Below, in pieces: positions 1-8,351 of a stretch of 32,000 nt of DNA (its first letter is position 1; every line of letters starts with the position of its first letter). The stretch lies in contig NC_009954.1 in the NCBI RefSeq assembly GCF_000018305.1, positions 510,001 through 542,000 of the forward strand, written 5' to 3'. Made by a program: the position numbers and the translations under genes. Origin of the DNA: Caldivirga maquilingensis IC-167. GTDB lineage: Archaea > Thermoproteota > Thermoprotei > Thermoproteales > Thermocladiaceae. The notes under the pieces were generated by a model. That model was not told the origin of the DNA. It did not search any database and saw only the letters and a list, made by a program, of their open reading frames with translations.

Positions 1-338
1 TTACCATTAAGTGGCTCAGTAACCTCAATGTAGCTTACCGGTGAATTAACGGTTGCACCCTGCCAATGCTTCTCCCCTGGTTCAACCCAAATAACATCAC
101 CTTGATTAACCTCACTAATTGACTCACCCCAACGCTGCACTAAACCACGCCCATGCATGATCACAATGACTTGGCCAAGAGGGTGAATGTGCCAAACAGT
201 CCTAGTACCCGGCTCAAGGGTAACCATGGTTACGTTAATCCTCAACGCATCAATGAGCTGGTACACGTGTGCGCTTCCAGTAAAATACTCCACTGAACCC
301 TGTTCCGATACCTGGGAACTACTGTGTTTAATAATCAT
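1..338 (-). CDS. Cupin-domain protein (partial; C-terminus lies beyond window start)
   Basis: Absent from the ORF track because it has no stop inside the window. Hand translation of the minus strand from ATG (338-336) stays open to nt 1: MIIKHSSSQVSEQGSVEYFTGSAHVYQLIDALRINVTMVTLEPGTRTVWHIHPLGQVIVIMHGRGLVQRWGESISEVNQGDVIWVEPGEKHWQGATVNSPVSYIEV... The 'WHIHP.GQ' and 'GDVIWVEPGEKHWQGA' stretches match the two cupin motifs. Confidence 0.75.
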   Translation of the reverse strand, partial: MIIKHSSSQVSEQGSVEYFTGSAHVYQLIDALRINVTMVTLEPGTRTVWHIHPLGQVIVIMHGRGLVQRWGESISEVNQGDVIWVEPGEKHWQGATVNSPVSYIEVTEPLNG

Positions 339-367
339 GAATAACCCCATCTAGTTAACTGGGTTTA

Positions 368-1381
368 CTACATGGGTGGTGGAGGTATGTGAAGTACTGG
401 CTTAGGCTTATATGGTTCCTCAAGGTACTTTACCTCATCGTCAGTTAACTTAATACTAATAGCATTCACAGCTTCTTCCACGTGCTCCGGCTTAGTGGTT
501 CCTATTATTGGTGCTGTAACACCCTTATGCAGTAGCCATGCGTACGCTATTTGCGTTGGAGTCGCTCCCTTATTATTAGCAACCTCAATAACCCTCCTCA
601 GTATCTCAGCGTTCTCAGGGGGTTCCACATAAATCCTATAATCACCACTACCTGGCCTAACCCTAGTCTCGGTTTCAGGCACAATTATCTTACCATCCTT
701 ATAGTACTTACCTGACAGTATACCAGCTGCAGTTGGGCTCCATGGTATTATACCGATTCCATGAGCCTTGCAGAATGGTATCATTTCCCTCTCCTCCTCC
801 CTGTAGAGTAGATTGTAGACGTTTTGCATACTTACGAACTTCTCGTATCCTTTCATTTCTGCTGTGTATATCATTTTTGCGAATTGCCATGTCCACATGC
901 TTGATGCCCCAATGTACCTTACTAATCCTTGGTGTACTAGGTCTGTTAATGTGGATAAAGTCTCCTCAATGGGTGTATCGTAATCAAACCTATGAATCTG
1001 GTAGAGATCAATGTAACCAGTATTCAACCTCCTCAAAGACTCCCTAACCTGCCACATAATATGCTTCCTAGACAAACCCCTAGCATTAGGACCATTACCC
1101 ATTTGCCCAAAAACCTTAGTGGCGATAACCACATCCTCCCTCATACCCTTAACCAATTCACCAACAATCTCCTCACTCCTACCCCTCGAATAAACATTAG
1201 CAGTATCAATGAAGTTTATGCCTAAATCCCAAGCCCTCTTAAGGACTTTAAGGGCTTGATCCCTACCGGCAACCCAACTGGAGCTACCATGACTCTGTAG
1301 GTTGGGGTCACCGATGGACATTGCACCGAATGCTATTTTAGAAACCTTAAGACCAGACCAACCAAGCTTAACATACTCCAT
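368..1381 (-). CDS. Aldo/keto reductase family oxidoreductase
   Basis: 337 aa. N-terminal 'LGWSGLKVSKIAFGAMSIG', 'AWDLGINFIDTANVYSRGRSEEIVG' and 'IDLYQIHRFD' are classic AKR signatures. The cupin gene follows 29 nt downstream on the same strand. Confidence 0.9.
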   Translation of the reverse strand: MEYVKLGWSGLKVSKIAFGAMSIGDPNLQSHGSSSWVAGRDQALKVLKRAWDLGINFIDTANVYSRGRSEEIVGELVKGMREDVVIATKVFGQMGNGPNARGLSRKHIMWQVRESLRRLNTGYIDLYQIHRFDYDTPIEETLSTLTDLVHQGLVRYIGASSMWTWQFAKMIYTAEMKGYEKFVSMQNVYNLLYREEEREMIPFCKAHGIGIIPWSPTAAGILSGKYYKDGKIIVPETETRVRPGSGDYRIYVEPPENAEILRRVIEVANNKGATPTQIAYAWLLHKGVTAPIIGTTKPEHVEEAVNAISIKLTDDEVKYLEEPYKPKPVLHIPPPPM

Positions 1382-1935
1382 GCATACCCACTATGCTAGC
1401 TCACTTATAAGCATTACTAGAATTACAATAATTTACTGGAGGAGTTATGAATAATCATTAATCATTAACATTGCTTTTATTATTAATTTAACTGAGACCA
1501 CCTTGATTAGTCTTCCTCTGGCTAACTGATTAGCTTACGCGAGTCCTTGTTCATTATGTTAATTTCCCTTGCAACCTCCTTACCTTAAACCTCAATTAAC
1601 CTAAGTGTGAACTCAAGCTCACCTCTGGCTAAGGGCCTTCACTCGAATAGAGCGCTTGCAATAATAAGCACACTGGGGATTACGGTGCATTAAGTGCCTA
1701 AAGTAATGGATGTTAGCATTGTAGAACCACTGCAGCTACTCCATGGGCTGCTGCATGATGCCTATTGAAATCCATTACCCTACCCCAGTTATCAAGGTAT
1801 AGATCTTATAGTTAATGCTGTGTAAATGGTAAGGTGATGGTTAATTCATGGTAATTAATTACACCTATTGTTAACTTTCCTTGAAATAAACCCCGTTTCA
1901 GCTTAAATTTATAAAGTGGTGAATAGTAGTTACTC

Positions 1936-2652
1936 ATGGAATATTCAATCCTTGGTAATGACTTACAGTTGGTTAGGGTAGTTATGGGTGAGGGGGAGAG
2001 CATTTATGGTGAGGGTAGTCACCTACTTTATAAGACCCCCGCCGTGGGTTTAACCACTAAGGCTAGTGGTGGTATATTGGCCGGCTTGAAGAGGACTTTA
2101 ACAGGTGCATCATTCTTTGTACTTGAGTTAACTGGCCCAGGTGAGGCTGCCTTCGCTGGTAGTACGCCTGGTAAGATTACTCAAGTGACTCTTAATGAGG
2201 GGGAGTCCATAATGGCTGAGCATGGTTCATTCCTATTCGCTGAGAATAGCGTTAAGTATGATGCAAGCCTCACGCGTCTATCAGTGGGGTTGTTTGGTGG
2301 TGAGGGCCTCTTCTTAGCTAAATTCACTGGTCTAGGTAATGTGTTTCTTCATGGGACTGGACATGTCCACATGATTCAACTTAATGAGAGTGAGGAGTTG
2401 AATATTGAGGCAGGTCACTTACTGGCCTTTGATGCTGGAATGCAATACACGGTTGGGAGGGTTGGGGGCTTAAGGACAATGCTACTGGGTGGTGAGGGAT
2501 TATTCTTCGTTAACATTAAGGGGCCTGGTAGAGTTTGGGTTAGGAGCATTAGCCTAGCGGCCTTAGCCTCAGCGCTATCACGTGACATGCCTTGCCCAGC
2601 CAGCTGCCGTAACAAGGAGGGTGAGGCTAATGTACGCTTCGGCTTCACGTAA
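1936..2652 (+). CDS. AIM24 / DUF124 (TIGR00266-like) family protein
   Basis: 238 aa. The pattern 'YSILGNDLQLVRVVMGEGESIYGEGSHLLY...' with repeated GGEGLF segments ('GLFGGEGLFLAKFTG.G', 'LLGGEGLFFVNIKGPG') is typical of this family. Function is unknown. Confidence 0.65.
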   Translation: MEYSILGNDLQLVRVVMGEGESIYGEGSHLLYKTPAVGLTTKASGGILAGLKRTLTGASFFVLELTGPGEAAFAGSTPGKITQVTLNEGESIMAEHGSFLFAENSVKYDASLTRLSVGLFGGEGLFLAKFTGLGNVFLHGTGHVHMIQLNESEELNIEAGHLLAFDAGMQYTVGRVGGLRTMLLGGEGLFFVNIKGPGRVWVRSISLAALASALSRDMPCPASCRNKEGEANVRFGFT

Positions 2653-2716
2653 TGTGGGTTAATTGCTCATAAAACGGGTCACTGAATTACATATATGCCT
2701 TAATTATTTAATTACC

Positions 2717-3286
2717 TTACCTCCCCTTGTTTAGCGTCTTGTAGAATATTTTCTCGTTTAACCAATTAATGTTGTTAGCTACGTAGTCGACTTTCTTCCT
2801 CATTTCGAAGTCCCTGAACTCCATGTAGAGCATGTCTAGGTAAATATCCTCCATGGTTTCCTTAGCCTTAAGGGCGTAGTCCAAGTTATCCCTAATCAAC
2901 TCCTCAGTGGCCTTCCTCGATAATTCACCCGTGAACTCCATTAACCCGTTTAAGTAGGCTAATTCATCAACCCCAACCTCCTCAATGGTGGGTATTTTAC
3001 CATTCTTATTGAACTCATACATTATGTAGGCCTCAGCGTACTCCTGGAAGCTTACTGCAGCCTTATCGTAGTAGAATGGGTACTGTTTAATTAAGCTCAT
3101 TAATGACTCTAACTCCCTCCTCATGTCATTTAAGTACTTGTCCGCTGCCTCCCAATCATTCCTAATAACCGAGTATATTACTGATTTAGATAACCTATTT
3201 AACCTAATGCCAGTGTTAATCACCTTATCCCTGGCGTCCTCATACTCCCTTAACTTAGCCTTAATGGAATCCCTATTAGGCAGCAT
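2717..3286 (-). CDS. Translin/TRAX-family nucleic-acid-binding protein (archaeal C3PO-like)
   Basis: 189 aa, all-helical. 'DARDKVI...R.L.R.SK..I..I.R.D...A...L' near the N-terminus and 'YLNGLMEFTGELSRKATE' resemble the archaeal translin family (COG2178-like). Assigned from memory of the motifs only. Confidence 0.55.
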   Translation of the reverse strand: MLPNRDSIKAKLREYEDARDKVINTGIRLNRLSKSVIYSVIRNDWEAADKYLNDMRRELESLMSLIKQYPFYYDKAAVSFQEYAEAYIMYEFNKNGKIPTIEEVGVDELAYLNGLMEFTGELSRKATEELIRDNLDYALKAKETMEDIYLDMLYMEFRDFEMRKKVDYVANNINWLNEKIFYKTLNKGR

Positions 3287-3348
3287 GATTCCCAGTGGGC
3301 CACTGGGGCTTACTTAATATAAGTTGCTTAACGTTGACTTAATGAGCC

Positions 3349-4218
3349 TCATCCCTCGTACTTAACCCCATATGTTTCCTCAATTTCATTAACCATAATT
3401 CTAAACGCATCATCTTCACTCAATAGGCCTTGGTTCAAGGCATTATTAATCCTACTCAGTATCCTCCAGGGTGGTATAACCATACCTGGTCTCCTTGGGT
3501 CATCAGCGTAATCACTCTCAACCACTAGGGCCTTAGTTAACTTAACAGCCTCCTCAAACTCACCCCTCCTACCCACTGGTATTGAGGGTTTTAGTTCATT
3601 ATCCACAGCTGGCTTAACCATGCTTGGTGAGGCGTGGTGGAGGATGATCCTCCCCTTATCCTTAACCCCAGCCTTATTAGCCAACTCCACTATTGACTTA
3701 ACAGTGGCCTCACCCTTCCTCTCAAGGTGTAGGTGAATAATGGCGTTGAGGTCCCTTGCAGTACCCATGGCGTACTCAATGATCTCATTACATAAGTCAA
3801 CTACACCCTCATTAACGCTCCAATGAGGTCTACCAATCTCCCCAATACCCACTGCCTCACCCCTCCTAATGTACTGTGCAGCTAAGTCAATTGTCTTAAT
3901 CATGAATTCCTTAACTTCACTGAAGCCCCAACCTGATTCAAGCAACTTAACGCACTCAGCTGGGTGCACGCCAACTACGGCAACTGCCTTAACTCCCTCC
4001 CCTTGAATAATCTTAGTTGACTCAATGGTTAACCTATACATTTTATCAACATTACTCAAGTCACCTGGGTTTAAGCCTAGGTCCCAGGTTAATAGGGCTA
4101 CAACACCCATGAACCAACCCCCAGTTCTCTTAAACCTCCTAGCCACTTCCCTTGGTCCAAGACCCTTAACCGGGTTAACGTGGGTGTGGTTATCAGCTAT
4201 TGGTAATGCCTTACTCAT
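3349..4218 (-). CDS. TatD-related metal-dependent hydrolase (COG1099-like)
   Basis: 289 aa. The N-terminal 'IADNHTHVNP' metal-binding HxH-type motif, 'IGEIGRPHW' and 'IIHLH' match an amidohydrolase/TatD fold. The start overlaps the ZPR1 stop by 4 nt (ATGA) and is preceded by GAGGTG. Confidence 0.7.
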   Translation of the reverse strand: MSKALPIADNHTHVNPVKGLGPREVARRFKRTGGWFMGVVALLTWDLGLNPGDLSNVDKMYRLTIESTKIIQGEGVKAVAVVGVHPAECVKLLESGWGFSEVKEFMIKTIDLAAQYIRRGEAVGIGEIGRPHWSVNEGVVDLCNEIIEYAMGTARDLNAIIHLHLERKGEATVKSIVELANKAGVKDKGRIILHHASPSMVKPAVDNELKPSIPVGRRGEFEEAVKLTKALVVESDYADDPRRPGMVIPPWRILSRINNALNQGLLSEDDAFRIMVNEIEETYGVKYEG

Positions 4219-4793
4219 CCCTGAGGCACCTCAAGCCTATCCTCCTTAAGCCTACCCTCCCTACCCGGTGGTGGCTTAATTATGCTGTTTCCAGTAGGGT
4301 CCTCTATGATTAATGTGAATTCCCTGAACCCATTAAGGGCCTCATTAGCCTCCCTAATGAATGCCAGCCTCCTTGCCTCAGCCTCCCCCTCAAGCCCACG
4401 CATGGCTTCAGCATACTGTATTAACCTATATATTAGGCCCTCCAGGGGCGTTATCATGGCCTCACCCGCTGATCCTGGAGCCAGTGTGAAGCCTAGGTCG
4501 GGGGAGTAGACCTTAGCCTCAGCTGACCTAATTACCCAAGTCCTCTCAACATCAACCCTATCCGTAACCCTGTATGTTAATTTAACAGGCCCCTTACTGT
4601 CAAGGTAAGTAATGTCCATGTACCTGAAACCGCAGGTTGAGCAATTCATCACCTCCAGGAGGAGCCTACCGAAGTAGGGCGTATTATAAACCACACCCCT
4701 AATGGTTAGTGTCCTATTACCGCAGACTGGGCACTTATCCGTAACCTCATAGACTCCCTCAGCATAACTGCTTAAACCCTCTAAACTCTCCAT
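4215..4793 (-). CDS. ZPR1-type zinc-finger protein
   Basis: 192 aa. 'CPVCGNRTL...' followed by 'FGRLLLEVMNCSTCGF' gives the CxxC...CxxC ZPR1 zinc ribbon, followed by a beta-rich domain. It is translationally coupled to the TatD-like gene. Confidence 0.7.
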   Translation of the reverse strand: MESLEGLSSYAEGVYEVTDKCPVCGNRTLTIRGVVYNTPYFGRLLLEVMNCSTCGFRYMDITYLDSKGPVKLTYRVTDRVDVERTWVIRSAEAKVYSPDLGFTLAPGSAGEAMITPLEGLIYRLIQYAEAMRGLEGEAEARRLAFIREANEALNGFREFTLIIEDPTGNSIIKPPPGREGRLKEDRLEVPQG

Positions 4794-4858
4794 GAATCCC
4801 TTTAAAGGTGATTAAGTAAATAAACCTTAAGCGTTGATTCGCTTTGAGGATTAATCCT

Positions 4859-5911
4859 TCAATTAGTCTTCCTCATTGAACTTAAGGTCTCAAGCAATGC
4901 CTGAACCACCTGCCTATAATCACCAACTATGCCGTAGTCAGCGTACTCGAAGATTGGGGCATTGGGGTCACTGTTAATGGCGACTATTATCTTAGACTCC
5001 TTCATACCGAAAATGTGCTGAATAGCCCCACTGACACCAACACCAATATACACAGTGGGCCTAATCGTCTTACCGGTTTGCCCAATCTGCCTATCAGCAG
5101 GTAACCAACCAGCATCAGTAACCTTCTTACTACCGCCAATAGTGCCTCCAAGGGCCTTAGCCAACTCAATAAGCAGCTTAACACCCTCAGGCCCAGCCAC
5201 ACCCCTCCCAGCCACAACCACTAGGTCAGCCTTCTCCACTGGTGGTAAGTCACTATCCCCCTTAATTACTGGTTTAACACCCAGTAATGAACCATTGGGC
5301 TTAGGTAATTTATCCAGGGACTCCCTAATAACCTCACCCTTACGGTTAGTGTCCCTTGGTGGTGTTGGGAATACGTTAGGCCTAACGCTCGCTAATTGAG
5401 GCCTCCTGTTGGGTGTCCTAATGTGGGCTAGTATATTGCCTCCATATGTTGGCCTAACTTGATCAAGATCCCTCGTCTTAACGTCAATGTCTAAGTCAGT
5501 GCAGTCAGCGGTTATACCGGCTCTAAGGGTGTTAGCAACGTATGGGGCTAACTCCCTCCCCCTCTTTGTTGCTGCGAATAAAACCACCTCAGGCTTATAC
5601 TTATTAACAAGGTTAACTATTACTGAGGCGTAGAGGTGAGGTATGTAGACTGATAGGGCCTCATCATCAATGTAAATAACCCTATCCGCCCCATAGTATA
5701 TTGGTTCCTTAACCAAATCCCCTAGGTTATGTCCAATCATTACTGCTGAGACATCCACATTAATCTTCGCGGCTAATTCCCTAGCCTTACCAATCAACTG
5801 GAGGCTACCGTCCTTTATTACACCATTCTGATGCTCAATGTAAACCCAAATACCCTTATACTCACTCTTATTTACCTGAGGCCACTCTGGGCATATTCTT
5901 GCACTACTCAT
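4859..5911 (-). CDS. etfA: Electron transfer flavoprotein, alpha subunit (EtfA/FixB)
   Basis: 350 aa. The C-terminal FAD-binding signature 'PTVYIGVGVSGAIQHIFGM' is present. There is a 4-nt start/stop overlap with etfB and a GGGGGTGAT SD upstream. Confidence 0.9.
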   Translation of the reverse strand: MSSARICPEWPQVNKSEYKGIWVYIEHQNGVIKDGSLQLIGKARELAAKINVDVSAVMIGHNLGDLVKEPIYYGADRVIYIDDEALSVYIPHLYASVIVNLVNKYKPEVVLFAATKRGRELAPYVANTLRAGITADCTDLDIDVKTRDLDQVRPTYGGNILAHIRTPNRRPQLASVRPNVFPTPPRDTNRKGEVIRESLDKLPKPNGSLLGVKPVIKGDSDLPPVEKADLVVVAGRGVAGPEGVKLLIELAKALGGTIGGSKKVTDAGWLPADRQIGQTGKTIRPTVYIGVGVSGAIQHIFGMKESKIIVAINSDPNAPIFEYADYGIVGDYRQVVQALLETLSSMRKTN

Positions 5912-6774
5912 AGCCTAATCACCCCCTCCTTGGTTAAGTTCTCAATAAGCCACTTAGCCGCCTCCCTTGGATCACCCTTGAATATCTGCTTCTTCCTAGG
6001 TATTGGCTTAGCGTCTTCAATCTTAGCCACTATTGTTGGTGAGCCCCTTAAACCAACGCAAAATGGATCAAGCTTAAGCTCATTATTAGTCACCGACTTA
6101 ACTAGGTTGCTTAACTTAGCCTGAATCTTACGGCTTAAGCTAATGTCCCTGGGTGGGTTACTGTCCTTGTAGACGCTGATTATAACTGGCATATTGTACT
6201 CATATTCCTCGTAGACTCCCTCATCCTCAAGGTAACGGGTTAACCTAATGGTCCCCTTCTCCAGGTTAACTTCACCGTCAACAACGTAGTATAGGTAAGG
6301 TAGGTTAAGCCACGAGGCCACTTGGGCAGGCATGTGGGCTGTTGTAGAGTCCGTGGTCTCCTCACCCATGACTATTAGGTTGAAGCTTGGGAAGAATTTC
6401 TTAACAGTCATGGCCACTGTGTAGGATGTGGCTAAGGTATCTGCCCCAGCGAAGACCCTGTCTGTTATTAAGTACGCCTCATCAGCACCCATGCCTATTG
6501 TGGATTCAAGGAAATCCTTACCGCTGGGTGGAGCCATGGATAATGTTACGACTCTCCCACCGTACTTGTCCTTAAGCCTAAGGGCGAATTCAAGGGCGTT
6601 CCTATCATAGGGGTTAAGCATCAGTGGGACACCCTCCCTAACTAAATTATGGGTGACTGGATCAAGCCTAACAGCCGTTATATTGGGTACAGCCGCCTTA
6701 ACGGGCACAATAATTGTTAACTCCTTACCCATGGTTAAGCCCGCATTTGCTGAACTTATAACAGTGGCGCCCAT
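5908..6774 (-). CDS. etfB: Electron transfer flavoprotein, beta subunit (EtfB/FixA)
   Basis: 288 aa. 'IIVPVK...LNPYDRNALEFALRLK' and 'LIVMGEETTDSTT' are typical EtfB motifs. A GGTGAT SD lies in the FixX stop region. Confidence 0.9.
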   Translation of the reverse strand: MGATVISSANAGLTMGKELTIIVPVKAAVPNITAVRLDPVTHNLVREGVPLMLNPYDRNALEFALRLKDKYGGRVVTLSMAPPSGKDFLESTIGMGADEAYLITDRVFAGADTLATSYTVAMTVKKFFPSFNLIVMGEETTDSTTAHMPAQVASWLNLPYLYYVVDGEVNLEKGTIRLTRYLEDEGVYEEYEYNMPVIISVYKDSNPPRDISLSRKIQAKLSNLVKSVTNNELKLDPFCVGLRGSPTIVAKIEDAKPIPRKKQIFKGDPREAAKWLIENLTKEGVIRL

Positions 6775-6780
6775 GAATCA

Positions 6781-7077
6781 TCACCCAAACCTGTACTGAA
6801 CACCGTAACCACTCCTCGGGTAAGTCCACTCAATTGCATTATGTGGGCAAACAATCCTACAGGTCCCACACTCCAGGCAGCCTTCATGTGAGAAGAGCAC
6901 TGTTCCATCTGGTGATAAGGTGTAGCACCTTGCTGGACATAGGTGGGTGCAGGGCTTTGCCTCGCATTTACGGCACTTATCAGGGTCAATTATCCTAATA
7001 TGCGGCCTCTGGCTAACATCCCAGGCGTTTGAGTTAAGCCTCTCCTCAATGGGTATTCTCCTATTATCCATACTCAT
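6781..7077 (-). CDS. fixX: Ferredoxin-like protein FixX
   Basis: 98 aa with cysteine clusters 'CRKCEAKPCTHLCPARCY' and 'CLECGTCRIVCP'. Its size and position between fixC and etfB match FixX. It overlaps the fixC stop by 4 nt. Confidence 0.85.
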   Translation of the reverse strand: MSMDNRRIPIEERLNSNAWDVSQRPHIRIIDPDKCRKCEAKPCTHLCPARCYTLSPDGTVLFSHEGCLECGTCRIVCPHNAIEWTYPRSGYGVQYRFG

Positions 7078-8351
7078 AGGTTCATCACCAGGCTTAAGGC
7101 GTCCTTAGTTAAGTCAACTAGGGTTAAATTACCCTTAGCCTTCATGAAAGTGTCCCAAATCCTCCTAGGTGTCCCATCAACATCAAAGTACCTGCTCATG
7201 AATGCGTTAGCGAGCATAACGTAGTCACTGTACAATCTGGGGTTATTTAAGACCTTGTGGGCATTCTTAAAAGTGTTGAACTCCCTGAGTACGAAACTTT
7301 CATTAAGCAACTGCTGGTAAACGGATAGGGCCTCCTCATCATATTTACCCTGGTCATGAGCCTTAATAACCGCCTCAGCGGCAAGTCTACCACTCTCCAT
7401 TGCGAAGTCAACACCCCTAATTAAAACACCCAGATGAAGCAGGAAGCCTGCGGCATCACCGACCACTAGGTAACCGTTACCGTATAGCCTAGGCGGCATC
7501 GCCTTTAAGCCTGCTATGGGCGTTAAGTGCGCTGAGTACTCCAGTAATTGACCACCCTTAAGTAGCCTACTTATGAATGGGTGTAGCCTAAACTCCTCTA
7601 TTAGGTCGTAAACAGGCACGTCAAGTTTATTACCATGCTCAAGGTAAACAACAATACCCAGTGTTACCGCATCCTTATTAGTGTATAGGAATGCTCCACC
7701 GGGTACGTAGTGGGTTGGGTACCCTGCCAGGGCCCAGGCTAGGCCCTCATCCTCATCTAGGTTAAACCTCTCATTAATCTCACCCCTACTCAACTTAATA
7801 ACCTCCTTAACCCCAAGTCCAACCACGCTTGGTTGAAGCTTCGGGGCTAGGCCGCTTGATTCTAGGACAAGCCTATTAATGCCCTCAGCCACAATAACTA
7901 CGTCACCGTAGACCTCATCGCTCCCGGACCTAATACCAATGACCTTACCATCCTTAGTGATTAAACTATCCACAGGGGTTTCAGTAACCACAAGTGCCCC
8001 AGCGGCCTCAGCCTTCCTATCCAGCCACTCAGTGAAGCTGGATAGGTATGCTGTGAAGGACTTATGCTCAGTGGCCTTAGTCTCAAACTCAACAGTTACC
8101 CCACTATCCTTAGTCAGCATTGTTAAGCGCTCCTTCCTAACCCAACGCTCCACTGGAGCCTCCTTAACGTACTCTGGGTAGAGTTTATCGAGGACGTGGG
8201 CGTATATTCTACCACCGTAGACGTTCTTACTCCCAGGCCTACGACCCCTCTCAACCACTAGAACCTTAAATCCCCCTGAGGCCAACCTCTGGGCAGCCGT
8301 TAATCCACCTGGCCCGGCGCCCACAACTATGACGTCAAACCTTTGACTCAC
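7074..8351 (-). CDS. fixC: FAD-dependent oxidoreductase FixC (ETF:quinone oxidoreductase-like)
   Basis: 425 aa with a GTG start. The dinucleotide fold 'DVIVVGAGPGGLTAA' and 'GYLVVGDAAGF' are present. It is the first gene of the fixC-fixX-etfB-etfA run. Confidence 0.85.
   Translation of the reverse strand: MSQRFDVIVVGAGPGGLTAAQRLASGGFKVLVVERGRRPGSKNVYGGRIYAHVLDKLYPEYVKEAPVERWVRKERLTMLTKDSGVTVEFETKATEHKSFTAYLSSFTEWLDRKAEAAGALVVTETPVDSLITKDGKVIGIRSGSDEVYGDVVIVAEGINRLVLESSGLAPKLQPSVVGLGVKEVIKLSRGEINERFNLDEDEGLAWALAGYPTHYVPGGAFLYTNKDAVTLGIVVYLEHGNKLDVPVYDLIEEFRLHPFISRLLKGGQLLEYSAHLTPIAGLKAMPPRLYGNGYLVVGDAAGFLLHLGVLIRGVDFAMESGRLAAEAVIKAHDQGKYDEEALSVYQQLLNESFVLREFNTFKNAHKVLNNPRLYSDYVMLANAFMSRYFDVDGTPRRIWDTFMKAKGNLTLVDLTKDALSLVMNL

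Noticed and set aside
1873-1882. Minus-strand AAGGAAAGTT, resembling the RNase P RNA CR-I motif (GGAAAGUCC) inside the long spacer
   Set aside because: It carries a mismatch in the core. I could not find a partner CR-V/P4 strand (ACAGAA..GGCUUA-like) or a supporting helix within about 300 nt. It is most likely chance.
5055-5399. Antisense or shadow ORFs inside well-supported genes, such as 5055..5399(+), 733..1047(+), 7939..8181(+), 11553..11876(+), 18546..18803(+), 19755..20069(+), 28828..29121(+) and 24968..25267(-)
   Set aside because: All lie opposite strongly motif-supported genes. They encode low-complexity Ser/Leu/Pro-rich sequences typical of reverse-frame translation in this codon bias. 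None has TATA or SD signals.
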